Origin: Calditrichaceae bacterium
Lineage (GTDB): Bacteria > Calditrichota > Calditrichia > Calditrichales > JBFXGD01
Reading direction: 5' to 3'
NCBI GenBank assembly: GCA_050173015.1
Contig: JBFXLE010000008.1
Span: 64,584 to 128,583, forward strand
DNA length: 64,000 nucleotides
The position numbers were made by a program, and so were the translations under genes. Positions 9,865-20,104 of the stretch are shown here, in pieces; position 1 is the stretch's first letter; each line of letters opens with the position of its first letter. The notes beneath the pieces were generated by a model. It saw only the letters and a program-made list of their open reading frames with translations, was not told where the DNA came from and ran no database searches.

Positions 9865-11684
9865 TATATCCATTTCTCTAATTTTGTTAGAATAGACTTT
9901 GCCCTGTTATAAAGATCATTCTTATCCACATTATTAGCCGAAATGTTCGCGAACTGACGGAAATCGCTTTCTTCGAGAACTTCCAGATATTCCTGAATTT
10001 CGCTATCGGCAATTCCCTTATGACACAATGATTTTTCCAGATTTTGTCTTCCAAAATCAGTCAGTTCCAAATTTAGTTTATTCTGGACAAATCCCTGCAA
10101 TGCCTGCGATATGGAACGATAGAATTCCGATTGATTTTCCAGGGAAATCTTCTTCCTGGCGTCGGCCAGCGCTTTTCCGGCAATTCTTCCCGCCTTTTTC
10201 CTTCGCGCCAGCTCCTGATTTCCGGAGAGCCTGACCTGATAGTCATTATAAACAGAAAAACCGATAAACAGCATCAGACCGGAAAAAATGCTTATCCAGA
10301 ATAAATAGCTCATGTAAGGCTTTTTACCAATGGGGACAAATGTTGAATTTTCTTTGATAAATCTGATATCCTGCCCTAAAAGCGATACTTCCTGCCGGTT
10401 AAATTGCTGAATGCCATTCCCGGCGGTTAACTGTCCGCTTTCACCGCTGATCGTTAATTCTATGGGTTTACTGGAAATCGTTATGTATTTTTTTTGCTCA
10501 GGATCGAAATATGAGAAAGAAACGGGTTTAATATTATAGTTCCCGGCAATACGTGGAATCAGTATATATTCTGCCTTTTTTTCTCCCCGGATAATAGAGC
10601 CACTATTGTTGATATCGGTTACAATTTTAGGTTCATATTTTTCAATATCAGGCGGAATCGCCGGAGCAGGCAGATTGGTCAATTTAATATTTCCGACACC
10701 GCTCAATACCTGTTTCAAAGAAATAGCGTTATTAATATTTGAGGCCTGCTTATCCACCGAGACATCGAATTTGAACTGGCCAACCGCTCCCCCGAATCCT
10801 TTAGGTTTGCCGCTTTCCGGAAGTGGTTTCACCTTTATTTTCACCGGATTGCTGCTGATCGTTTTCTGAACGGTTGTGCCTAGAGCGTCATTAAAGAAGT
10901 TATCGAAAAGCCCTCTCTGACTTTGACGCGACCGGACCACCGCTTCCATCGTAATAAGCATGGGATCGATCGTTAATTCACCTGTCTGAGTCGGAAAAAC
11001 AGCTACTTCCTTAAGAATAGCGACATTATAATTAACACCGTTGACAATTTCATTCTCGATGACCGGTTGCTGCGGCATTTTAAATTCTTCCGTCCAGAAT
11101 CCTGCATTCGACGGCATTTTATCGATATTATAGCCGCGGACGTTAACTTTGAAATAAAGCTTATACTCTATAATTATCTGTTCACCTAAATAGACGTTCG
11201 TCTTTGATACATTTGTTTTTAGATATAAATTCTCTCCGGCAATATCAGCATCAGTTGTTGTTTTTTGTCCGGACGAGTTTGGAGCGGCCGGCTGACCGGA
11301 AGATTTATCCACATTGATAATTATTTCCTCCGACTCAAGAAGCTCACCATCAACGGTTACAGACGCTCTTCCTATTCTAAGATCACCCGATTTACGAGGC
11401 TTCAAATAGAATGAAAAGGATTTGGAGGACGTCATATTGCCGTTGATCCATTGAATACTTGTGGATGAATTAGGACCGGAAAGAATGTAAAAATCATCAA
11501 ATTCGGGAAACGTGACTTCCGGAAGCGATGTTGATTTTCCGGAAAGTTCTACCGAATACTGAATTTGTCCATCAATATTGACATTGTTTTTGTTCACAAC
11601 CGCCCGGATTGAGACATCTCCGGAGAAGGCTGAACCTGCGGTAACAGCCATAAACATGGCTGTTAAAAATATTCTTTTTAGCAT
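9864..11684 (-). CDS. batD: BatD family protein
   Basis: Signal peptide, repeated BatD Ig-like units (LSGPNSSTS, V.LGEQ, F.GAVGQF, FSYFDP) and a C-terminal TM. Start moved to the internal Met at 11684. Confidence 0.88.
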   Translation of the reverse strand: MLKRIFLTAMFMAVTAGSAFSGDVSIRAVVNKNNVNIDGQIQYSVELSGKSTSLPEVTFPEFDDFYILSGPNSSTSIQWINGNMTSSKSFSFYLKPRKSGDLRIGRASVTVDGELLESEEIIINVDKSSGQPAAPNSSGQKTTTDADIAGENLYLKTNVSKTNVYLGEQIIIEYKLYFKVNVRGYNIDKMPSNAGFWTEEFKMPQQPVIENEIVNGVNYNVAILKEVAVFPTQTGELTIDPMLITMEAVVRSRQSQRGLFDNFFNDALGTTVQKTISSNPVKIKVKPLPESGKPKGFGGAVGQFKFDVSVDKQASNINNAISLKQVLSGVGNIKLTNLPAPAIPPDIEKYEPKIVTDINNSGSIIRGEKKAEYILIPRIAGNYNIKPVSFSYFDPEQKKYITISSKPIELTISGESGQLTAGNGIQQFNRQEVSLLGQDIRFIKENSTFVPIGKKPYMSYLFWISIFSGLMLFIGFSVYNDYQVRLSGNQELARRKKAGRIAGKALADARKKISLENQSEFYRSISQALQGFVQNKLNLELTDFGRQNLEKSLCHKGIADSEIQEYLEVLEESDFRQFANISANNVDKNDLYNRAKSILTKLEKWI

Positions 11685-11688
11685 ACAA

Positions 11689-12459
11689 TTACCAATCTTT
11701 TCCAACCTGTCTGCGTCCTCCGCGTACCGGCGGTTTATTTTTCTGAGATTCCTGCTCTTCGGCGCGCAGCGCGTTTAGAATTCGCTCTGCCTCCTGCCGG
11801 TCCATCTGCTCTTTATCTTGAGAGGCTTGTTGCTGTTCCTGCTGTTTTTCTTCTTCTGAAGATTTCTGCTGCTCTTGCTGTTCCTGCTGCTTTTGCTGCT
11901 CGTCTTTCTCTTGTTTCTTATCTTTCTGCTGATCCTGCTCTCCGGATTGCTGATCTTCGCTCTTTTCTCCGGAACCTGATTGCTGTTGCTGCTGTTGATT
12001 CTGTTGGTTCGGCTGCTGCTCTTGTTTATCGGCCATTTCTTTCAATTTTGCCCTGGCCAGTTCAAGATTATATTTCGCATCTTGATCAGAAGGATTCAGC
12101 TCGAGTGATTTTTTATACGCGTCGATACTTTCCTGTAATTTATCCTTCTGAAAATAACTGTTGCCGATATTGTAATATGCTTTGGCTGTCAGTTCTGTAT
12201 CTTTGCTGCCCAATAATTTTTGATTAGCCTCAATAGCTTCATCATACTTTTTCATTTTATAGAGCGCGTCGCCTTGATTGAAGATAGTTTTTTCATTCTG
12301 CGGATCATCAAGGAGCGCATCCTGGTACTTTGCGAGAGCATCCTCATATTTCTCCTGTTTGTACAGAGAATTCCCCTCGTTCACTTTTGATCTGATTCCC
12401 TGCCCAAAGGTATTTTGGGTTAACATCAATATGATAAGAATATATAAGAAATTTTTCAT
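11689..12459 (-). CDS. batC: BatC-like TPR protein with Q/E/K-rich tail
   Basis: TPRs (AYYNIGNSYF, DAKYNLELA), Q-rich low-complexity linker, C-terminal AERILNAL...KDW. Confidence 0.88.
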   Translation of the reverse strand: MKNFLYILIILMLTQNTFGQGIRSKVNEGNSLYKQEKYEDALAKYQDALLDDPQNEKTIFNQGDALYKMKKYDEAIEANQKLLGSKDTELTAKAYYNIGNSYFQKDKLQESIDAYKKSLELNPSDQDAKYNLELARAKLKEMADKQEQQPNQQNQQQQQQSGSGEKSEDQQSGEQDQQKDKKQEKDEQQKQQEQQEQQKSSEEEKQQEQQQASQDKEQMDRQEAERILNALRAEEQESQKNKPPVRGGRRQVGKDW

Positions 12460-13493
12460 AAGCCGTTCATCTGATTATTTGCATATTTTTTTTTACGTAC
12501 CGGTAAAAACGTTTCGATTCCAAGCAGAACAATCGCAATTAAAATAAAGATCTGAAACCGGTCTTCATATTGGGAAAATTGTCTGGATTTTAATTCTTTT
12601 TTTTCCATTTTGTTCACATCATCATAAATCTGACCCAGCTCTGTTTCACCCGCGCTTGAAATATAATACTTTCCGTTGGTTAAATAGGCAATTTTTTGTA
12701 GCGTTGTTACATCGAGTTTTGTTGTGACCACATTCCCTTCACGGTCTTTTTTAAAGCCTGCCGGACGGCCTGACCGGTCATAGACAGGAATCGGCACTCC
12801 CTGCGGCGAACCCAGGCCGATTGTATAGATCAATATTCCCTCTTTCGCCGCCTCTTCCGCAGCGGCAATCGGATCGGTTTCATGATCTTCACCATCGGTT
12901 ATCAAAATAAGCACTTTATGTTTCCGTTCCTTCTGATTAAACGCTTTCATGGAAGTTTTTATCGCGTCACCTAAGGATGTTCCCGGCACCGGTATCAAAT
13001 CCGTATCCATCATTCTGAGGAACAACTTTGCCGCTGAATAATCAAGCGTCAGCGGACACTGGACGTGGGCCATGCCGGAAAACGCCACCAGACCGATGCG
13101 GTCACCCTGCAGTAAATCAATTAATTTTGCTATCTGATGCTTTGCTTTTTCAAGCCGGTTCGGCGCGATATCCTCCGCCTTCATGCTGAGAGAAACATCC
13201 AATGCGACAATGATATCAACACCTTCACGCTTCACTTCTTCCAGCCGCGTCCCGATCTGCGGATTCGCGAGCGCGATGATCAGCATACCGTAAGCGGCAG
13301 TAAACAACACCGCTTTCCAAATGACCCGCCCTTTGCTGAAACCGGGCATCATTTTCTTTAGCATCTCGATATGGCCGAAACTTTTAAGCAACGCTTCTTT
13401 TTTCCGGAATACGTAAATAAAGAAGCCGATGATCAAAAATATACCCCAAAGCCCGTGCAGCCAGGATGGGTTGTCAAATCTCAATACGTCCAT
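12456..13493 (-). CDS. batB: BatB-like VWA domain protein
   Basis: ALANPQIG, MIDAS DVSLSM, PNRLE, PLTLDY, LITDGEDHE. Confidence 0.88.
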   Translation of the reverse strand: MDVLRFDNPSWLHGLWGIFLIIGFFIYVFRKKEALLKSFGHIEMLKKMMPGFSKGRVIWKAVLFTAAYGMLIIALANPQIGTRLEEVKREGVDIIVALDVSLSMKAEDIAPNRLEKAKHQIAKLIDLLQGDRIGLVAFSGMAHVQCPLTLDYSAAKLFLRMMDTDLIPVPGTSLGDAIKTSMKAFNQKERKHKVLILITDGEDHETDPIAAAEEAAKEGILIYTIGLGSPQGVPIPVYDRSGRPAGFKKDREGNVVTTKLDVTTLQKIAYLTNGKYYISSAGETELGQIYDDVNKMEKKELKSRQFSQYEDRFQIFILIAIVLLGIETFLPVRKKKYANNQMNGL

Positions 13494-13523
13494 TCTTACC
13501 TATAAAATTTTAATGTTATCATC

Positions 13524-14519
13524 TCAGGGTAATTTTCTGAAATAAGTATTGCTCAGAATCGACTCGGCGATGAGCAAGAAAAGACCTATTCCCAGATAAT
13601 AGATGAACAGTTCTTCGTATCTTGTAAACTCATTCACTTCAATTTTGGTTTGCTCCATTTCACCGATTTCATCATAAATATCCTTAAGTTTTTGTTCGTT
13701 CGTAGCCCGGAAATATTTTCCTCCGGTAATCCCGGCTATTTCCCGCAATACCTGTTCGTCTATCTCCACTTCCATCGGAACATACCGCCGTCCGAAAATC
13801 GGGTCATCTACCGGATACATGGCCGTCCCCTGTTTTCCCGCGCCGATGGTGTAAATTTTTATGCCGAATGAATGAGCGATTCTTGCCGCGGTGATTGGAT
13901 CAACCTGACCACGGTTATTGATCCCGTCCGTGAGCAGGATTACCACTTTACTTTTTGCTTTACTGTCGCGTAAACGATTCGCCGCGTTGACAATTCCCAT
14001 TCCGATAGCGGTTCCGTCCCAATCTTTATCGGCGACTTTTACTTCTTCCAGAAGTGTCAGCAAGACCCCGTAATCCAGTGTTAAAGGGCATTGAGTAAAG
14101 CTCTCACCCGCAAACACCACCATCCCGAGACGGTCATTTTTTCGGCCCTTAATAAAATCTTCCGCAACAATTTTCGCTGCTTCGAGACGATTATTTGGTT
14201 TAAAATCTTCAGCCAGCATACTACTGGAGACATCCATGGCCATGACAATATCAACACCTTCAGTCGTTACGAGCTCCTCCCTGCTGCTTGACTGCGGTCG
14301 CGCGAGCGCCAGAATGAGCATGACAAAAGCTATCAACCTGGCAAGAAAAAGAGTATGATGCAGCCGCTGCTTTGTGCTGCTGCCTAATCTCTTTATTAGT
14401 CCGACATCAGAATATTTCATTTTACCGCCGCTTTTCCGGTTTCCGCGCAGATACCAGTAAACCATTCCGGGCAGAATCAGTAATAACAGCAGGTAGGCAG
14501 GATCAGCAAATCGGAACAT
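13524..14519 (-). CDS. batA: BatA-like VWA domain protein
   Basis: MFRFADP start, ALARPQ, MIDAS DVSSSM, GTAIGMG, LLTDGINN, TGGKYFRA. Confidence 0.9.
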   Translation of the reverse strand: MFRFADPAYLLLLLILPGMVYWYLRGNRKSGGKMKYSDVGLIKRLGSSTKQRLHHTLFLARLIAFVMLILALARPQSSSREELVTTEGVDIVMAMDVSSSMLAEDFKPNNRLEAAKIVAEDFIKGRKNDRLGMVVFAGESFTQCPLTLDYGVLLTLLEEVKVADKDWDGTAIGMGIVNAANRLRDSKAKSKVVILLTDGINNRGQVDPITAARIAHSFGIKIYTIGAGKQGTAMYPVDDPIFGRRYVPMEVEIDEQVLREIAGITGGKYFRATNEQKLKDIYDEIGEMEQTKIEVNEFTRYEELFIYYLGIGLFLLIAESILSNTYFRKLP

Positions 14520-15868
14520 TATTTCTCTGAAGTCTCCTCTAAATTTTTATCTATAATCAGATTGTTTTTGGATTTAAATATTTCATCAAGCACCGCTTCA
14601 TCCACGGCCACAACATCTCCGTCAATCGGATTTTTCACATATACAATGCCATTCTTCCCGGTACCGATTTCCAGTTCGGCCGTTCTCATATCACCCGCAA
14701 AAATTTCTATCATACCGGCGGGACTTGTCAGTCCGTAAGGAAACAAATAAGTCGGATTTTCCGCGACAAATTTCTTCACCGTCAAATTTTTCAAAGACTT
14801 CAATATATTATTGACGTTCTGTATTTTCACCTTTTCACCCGTTTGCAGTTGCCAATCATTAAGACTATCCCGGGACAGGGTGATCAAATTTCCTTTATAA
14901 AGCAGATTTATACGATCCACACTCGGAATATCAAAATACAGAATCTTTTTGCACCGGTACTCATACAGACTTTTATTCAATGAATTCACATAAGAGCTGT
15001 CAGTTTCAAATATCAAAGTTCTTTTTTCATCAATCCCGTAAATGATGTCTTTGCGCGGGTTTGAAAAACCGACACCCGACTCCAGTTCATCGGCGTTGTT
15101 GAGTAATTCAATACTGACCGCGGGATTAGACAACCCATACCTGTTCAGGTTACGCTTATGCTCGGATACAACAGATGCAATTCTTCCGCCGGTCAGGGTA
15201 TTCAGCATGTTTTCCACAGCATATTGATCAGCTTTTGTATTCATCGGCCGACTCATTCTCCATTCGCTTCCGTCCCTAACAAACGCAAAATTACCAAACT
15301 GATTCTCTAAAATAATAGATTGAATATTGTTCATGTCAAACTGTGTAATTTTTTTATCACGTAATTCAAAGAGCGACTGCCCCGCGTTCCTTTTGAGAGC
15401 CGATCCGGTAAGACATACCAAAGAATCCGACAGTGCCGCGTAAATTTTTTCTCCGGCCGCCGTCTCAATTCCGATTTTAACGGAATCCCCTGATCCGGAG
15501 CTGCCTGTCAGGACAATCAACGCCGCCTCATCCGTCAATCCGTATGGTGACATCTCTTCACCCCTTACCGGAAAGGGATTTTCCATCTTCGCGTCAGATA
15601 TCGTTTGCAGTAGCAGATTTACGGAATTTTCATCTGCTTCTGTCAGAACCGGTTTAATAATCTGCCAGCCGGCCGTTGTTTTTGTCAGAACAAAATGTTC
15701 ATCCTGCCTGATAAGCTCTATAATATTTATGCTGTCCCTCTCCGTCCGGAACAGTTTTTCTATTTTCTTACTCTTTGATTCACGTTCAATGCCGCCATCA
15801 ATTTTGAACAGAAAAAACAATGCGACTAACCCAAATGCGGCGAGAAGAATAATAATTGGTTTACGCAT
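14519..15868 (-). CDS. DUF4340-like domain protein
   Basis: N-terminal TM followed by three repeats of W....P....AD...V..LL..L and YGL..P motifs. Confidence 0.75.
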   Translation of the reverse strand: MRKPIIILLAAFGLVALFFLFKIDGGIERESKSKKIEKLFRTERDSINIIELIRQDEHFVLTKTTAGWQIIKPVLTEADENSVNLLLQTISDAKMENPFPVRGEEMSPYGLTDEAALIVLTGSSGSGDSVKIGIETAAGEKIYAALSDSLVCLTGSALKRNAGQSLFELRDKKITQFDMNNIQSIILENQFGNFAFVRDGSEWRMSRPMNTKADQYAVENMLNTLTGGRIASVVSEHKRNLNRYGLSNPAVSIELLNNADELESGVGFSNPRKDIIYGIDEKRTLIFETDSSYVNSLNKSLYEYRCKKILYFDIPSVDRINLLYKGNLITLSRDSLNDWQLQTGEKVKIQNVNNILKSLKNLTVKKFVAENPTYLFPYGLTSPAGMIEIFAGDMRTAELEIGTGKNGIVYVKNPIDGDVVAVDEAVLDEIFKSKNNLIIDKNLEETSEK

Positions 15869-15961
15869 TAATTTAATTTTCCTCTGTTCCCGTATTTTAA
15901 TAATCTTTCAACCATGCCTTTTACCAGATCTCTCTACCTCCGATAAGACGGAGCGATTAAT

Positions 15962-17008
15962 TTATTTATGATCACCCGCTGTTTTATTCGCTTCTGCCGC
16001 CGGCAGAAGCGCGCCATTTTCCTGTATATTTTTTTCCGGTTCGGATTCATAGATTATCTTTGTCCGATCAACAAAAGACCTTGCTTTTATTTTCAGGGAT
16101 TCTGTTTCATCCATATCCGGGATGTGTTTGGCAAATTTAACTAAATCAGACATGACGAGCACATCTAACAGATCTTGTCTGATTGATTCATTCGTAAGCT
16201 GTGCTTTTAAATCTCTCATAATTTCAGCCGTTGTCTCTTCAAGCGCGGATAAATAGTAACGCCCTTCAAGATATCTGCGCAAAATATCTGACATCTGCGT
16301 AAAGAATAATTTCAGCTGTCCTTTTTCCAGTAAATCTGACCTGAACAATTTATCGAGCGCCTTTAAAGCTACCTGGTGAGCGGGCTCCGGAGGCGGCGGC
16401 GGACTGAATATATATCCTTTTTCTTTTCGTTGCTTCCAGAACCGGTATCCAAAAAAGGCGATTACGCCGGTTAAAAAGATGATGCCGAGAACTAAAATCC
16501 AGAATTTATAATTAAACGGGATATCGATTGGCGGTTTGACGTCTTTTAATTCGGGCGCATCGTCATCTGCCAGAACCGACTTAACATATATATCTATCGG
16601 AGATGCCTCTATAATTTGATATATGTTACTCGTATCCGAAGGAAAATAAGCAATCGGAAACGGCGGGATGGTAAATTTTCCCGTATCAAAAACGGATATG
16701 CTGAAATCAAACCGTTCGATGATCCTGCCATCTTTATTTATTGGATCGTAAAACTTATAATCCTTTATCTCAAACATCCCCAGATTCAACCCTTCACCGG
16801 GCTTCTCAATTCTGAGATTTTCCGCGCGGTCGATGATAATCGAATAAAGTATGCGGTCTCCAATGGTAATCGTTGAAGTATCCACCACCGACTGGACCTC
16901 AATTAGTATGTTTTCGCCGGCTTTCACTTCATGAATAGCGGGACTCAGGAAAAGAATTATTGTAAGGATTATTTTTTTCATAAGATAATTACTGAATCCG
17001 ATTTTCAT
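15962..17008 (-). CDS. Bat-cluster-associated protein (BatD-like Ig + TM + C-terminal helical domain)
   Basis: DTSTITIGD, FDTGKFTIPP, LKDVKPP, TM, LRRYLE..Y...ALEETT and DLVKFAK, typical of the gene preceding batA. True start may be a few codons downstream. Confidence 0.75.
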   Translation of the reverse strand: MKIGFSNYLMKKIILTIILFLSPAIHEVKAGENILIEVQSVVDTSTITIGDRILYSIIIDRAENLRIEKPGEGLNLGMFEIKDYKFYDPINKDGRIIERFDFSISVFDTGKFTIPPFPIAYFPSDTSNIYQIIEASPIDIYVKSVLADDDAPELKDVKPPIDIPFNYKFWILVLGIIFLTGVIAFFGYRFWKQRKEKGYIFSPPPPPEPAHQVALKALDKLFRSDLLEKGQLKLFFTQMSDILRRYLEGRYYLSALEETTAEIMRDLKAQLTNESIRQDLLDVLVMSDLVKFAKHIPDMDETESLKIKARSFVDRTKIIYESEPEKNIQENGALLPAAEANKTAGDHK

Positions 17009-17915
17009 ATATCTGAACCTTTTGAGCTTTCATTAACCGGTCAGCCAGACTCTGGTAAGCCTGTCTTTGTTTTTCCATCGCCAGATCCTGAGCCGCCTGT
17101 TGTCCAACTTCACTGAATGACTTATGTCTGATTATCTTCCCGTCTTTATCTTTTTCCGCATAATTTTCTTTGTTCGCTTTATAATATAATTCCACATCGG
17201 CAGGCTCTATCTTTACCTGACTCTCCATTTCCTGCTGTAGTAATTTTTCAGCCATCAGGCTTTTTTGCGCTCGGAACGTTCCTTCGATTACATCCTTTTC
17301 TTTGTCAAAGCCCTGCCGCTTTGCCGAGTCATACAGTAATTCCTGCAGAAGATACTGCTTTAAAAATTCCAGTTTCTTGTTTTTATCTTTAAATTGTTCA
17401 CGAATATAGACCGGCATTTTTGAAATCTCAAATTCCAAATCACCCTGAGTCAATTCCCTTGAGCCTATTTTCGCGATCACCGCGCCCTCCCGGTGCTCTT
17501 TTACGGTTGATTTATCGAGCGCCGCTTCCTGTTCATAAATGCGGGCGGCGTCAGTGGACCGCTTCAATCGTTCGAGAGAGCTTACAATCCGTTTGCTCAC
17601 GTCACCCTGCAGACTGCTTTCCGGGTAAAGGTATTTTACTTTAAAATAATATTCCAACGCTTTCTCATAGTCGCCGATCCGATCATAATATATATTCGCG
17701 ATGGTATAATAGGTATTCGCGCTTCTTGACGGTTCCGGATCAGAATCTTGCAAATAGGCGAGATATTCATTCACAGCCGCCGGGTATAAACCGTTGGTAT
17801 AATAGGCATTTGCGAGTTTTAATCGACTTTCTTCAGAAATACTTTCTTTCATATCCCGGGAACAGGAAATTATAAGAAATCCTAAAAATATATAAACAAG
17901 AATCTTTTTTATCAT
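16989..17915 (-). CDS. TPR lipoprotein with PrsA/SurA-like chaperone domain
   Basis: Lipobox IISC; TPRs; VIAKIG..ELT..DL...I...LLYDSAKRQG; no rotamase domain visible. Confidence 0.65.
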   Translation of the reverse strand: MIKKILVYIFLGFLIISCSRDMKESISEESRLKLANAYYTNGLYPAAVNEYLAYLQDSDPEPSRSANTYYTIANIYYDRIGDYEKALEYYFKVKYLYPESSLQGDVSKRIVSSLERLKRSTDAARIYEQEAALDKSTVKEHREGAVIAKIGSRELTQGDLEFEISKMPVYIREQFKDKNKKLEFLKQYLLQELLYDSAKRQGFDKEKDVIEGTFRAQKSLMAEKLLQQEMESQVKIEPADVELYYKANKENYAEKDKDGKIIRHKSFSEVGQQAAQDLAMEKQRQAYQSLADRLMKAQKVQIYENRIQ

Positions 17916-17973
17916 TTTTAAATCTCTCTTATCCTCTTTATTTCTTCAGATCCGTATTAGGCTTTTCTCATCT

Positions 17974-18975
17974 TTAAACGGCCAGCCGCCGCGCCCGCAT
18001 TTTAAAAAATTTTGTAATCGGTTTTATATAAGAACGATCGGTCAGTATATTGATATGATCCACACCGATAGATCTGAAAAGATTAGTGAGTGTTTCCTGC
18101 TGCTGAAGAGATTGGTTATAAAAGCCTGTACGAATCATCGCGCTTCCTGTATCAACCAGGACTGCTTCCCCCGTTTCAGCGTCTTCAAGTTCAATCATCC
18201 CCACATTCGGCAGATCCACCTCCCTCGGATCCATAATGCTGATTGCTATAATATCGTGCTTCTTGTTGGCGACCTGTAATGATTTTTCAAAATTTTCCGT
18301 AAGAAAATCAGACAGCAGAAACACGGTGCTTCTGCGTTTGATTACCCTGCTAAGGTATTCCAGAGCCACATTCAGGTCGGTGCTTGCGTCCTGATGCTTA
18401 TAAAAAAGTATTTCCCTGATTACACGCAGAACATGCTTTTTACCTTTTCTCGGCGGTATAAATTTTTCAATTTTATCCGAGAAAATAATCAGGCCCACTT
18501 TATCATTATTCTTTATCGCGGAGAAGGCAAGAACCGCTGAAAGCTCTGCCGCTACTTCACGCTTCAGCCTTTCGGCTGTTCCGAAATTACCGCTCGAGCT
18601 AACGTCAACAAGGAGCATTACCGTCAATTCGCGTTCTTCTTCAAAAACTTTCACAAACGGATGTCCCATCCGCGCCGATACGTTCCAGTCAATGGTCCGT
18701 ACGTCGTCGCCGGGCTGATATTCGCGAACTTCCGCAAATTCCATTCCTCTGCCTTTAAAAACAGAATGGTATTCACCCGAAAACACTTCATTAACGACAT
18801 TTCTGGTAGAAATTTCGATTTGCTGAACTTTTTTAAGAAGTTCGCGGGAGAGGATGGCTCCATTATTTGCCGAAGCCCGGACCGGCATTGATTTACTTAC
18901 ATTTTTCATATAAATGAAATATGCAATGACTGCCAGGAATAAAACCAGGACTCCGCTGCTGATAATATAGATCAT
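17974..18975 (-). CDS. DUF58 protein (MoxR-associated)
   Basis: GEYHSVFKGRGMEFAEVREYQPGDDVRTIDWNVSAR, EERELTV, DVSSS. Confidence 0.92.
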   Translation of the reverse strand: MIYIISSGVLVLFLAVIAYFIYMKNVSKSMPVRASANNGAILSRELLKKVQQIEISTRNVVNEVFSGEYHSVFKGRGMEFAEVREYQPGDDVRTIDWNVSARMGHPFVKVFEEERELTVMLLVDVSSSGNFGTAERLKREVAAELSAVLAFSAIKNNDKVGLIIFSDKIEKFIPPRKGKKHVLRVIREILFYKHQDASTDLNVALEYLSRVIKRRSTVFLLSDFLTENFEKSLQVANKKHDIIAISIMDPREVDLPNVGMIELEDAETGEAVLVDTGSAMIRTGFYNQSLQQQETLTNLFRSIGVDHINILTDRSYIKPITKFFKMRARRLAV

Positions 18976-19024
18976 ATCTCTTTAATCAAATTTATAGTTC
19001 GTTATTGTTTTTGTTAATCACCGT

Positions 19025-20014
19025 TTAAGGTACTTCGACTCTGTTCAGGACTTTTCTTATCACATCTTCGGTTGTCATATTTTCCGCTTCAGCTTCATAG
19101 GACAAAATCACCCGGTGACGCATTACATCCATCCCTATGGAACGAACATCTTCCGGAGTCACATATCCTCTCCTTCGGAGAAACGCATGCGCTTTCGCGG
19201 CAAGTGTCAAATAGATCGAAGCCCTTGGACTTGCTCCAAAAGTGATCAGATCCTTTAATTCATCAAGTCCGTATTCTCCCGGCTCACGAGTGGCGAATAC
19301 GATATCAACAATATATTTCTCGATTTTTTCATCCACATAAACTTCACGCACCACTTCGCGCGCCTTAATAATATCATCCGGCGTTACAACAGGTTCGACC
19401 CCATTGGGCTGAAATTTTGTCTGACGACGGATGATTTCCAGTTCCTCATCTTTTGAAGGATAACCCACACTTATTTTTAGCATAAAACGATCCACCTGCG
19501 CTTCCGGCAATGGATATGTCCCCTCTTGTTCGATCGGATTCTGTGTCGCGAGCACAAGGAACGGGTCTTCCAGCTTGAATGTGTTTTCACCGATAGTGAC
19601 CTGACGTTCCTGCATTGCTTCCAGCAGAGCGCTCTGGACCTTGGCCGGTGACCGGTTAATCTCGTCCGCGAGAATCAGATTGCTGAAGATCGGGCCCTTT
19701 TTAGTGGTAAAAACTCCGTCCTTCTGATTGTAGATCAGTGTTCCCAGGAGATCCGCAGGTAAAAGATCGGGGGTAAATTGAATTCTTTGAAATTTTGTAC
19801 GGATGGTGTTTGACAATGTTTTAACGGTCAATGTCTTTGCCAGCCCGGGAACGCCTTCAAGTAATATGTGCCCGTTTGATAATATTCCGATGAGTAACCG
19901 CTCGATCATATAATCCTGACCGACAATCACTTTTGATACTTCATCTATAATTTTCTGAACAAATGAACTTTCATTTTCGATTTTTTCATTGATCGCTTTA
20001 ATATCAGGATTCAT
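19025..20014 (-). CDS. moxR: MoxR family AAA+ ATPase
   Basis: Walker A GVPGLAKT, RIQFTPDLLPAD, LADEINR, ATQNPIEQEGTYPLPEAQ.DRF. Confidence 0.95.
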   Translation of the reverse strand: MNPDIKAINEKIENESSFVQKIIDEVSKVIVGQDYMIERLLIGILSNGHILLEGVPGLAKTLTVKTLSNTIRTKFQRIQFTPDLLPADLLGTLIYNQKDGVFTTKKGPIFSNLILADEINRSPAKVQSALLEAMQERQVTIGENTFKLEDPFLVLATQNPIEQEGTYPLPEAQVDRFMLKISVGYPSKDEELEIIRRQTKFQPNGVEPVVTPDDIIKAREVVREVYVDEKIEKYIVDIVFATREPGEYGLDELKDLITFGASPRASIYLTLAAKAHAFLRRRGYVTPEDVRSIGMDVMRHRVILSYEAEAENMTTEDVIRKVLNRVEVP

Positions 20015-20104
20015 CTTTCCTCCTCGGTACTTGAATCTATCATATTTATTTCCTCATATTCATAAACAGAGTATTTGTATCCCAATTAAAATCGGCAGTT
20101 TACT

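Noticed and set aside
11790-12030. CAG/CAA-rich repeat-like DNA
   Set aside because: Encodes the usual Q/E/K-rich linker of BatC.
15869-15961. Short hairpin and 15-codon mini-ORF inside the bat cluster
   Set aside because: Too short, 5-bp stem only, and no supporting homology visible.
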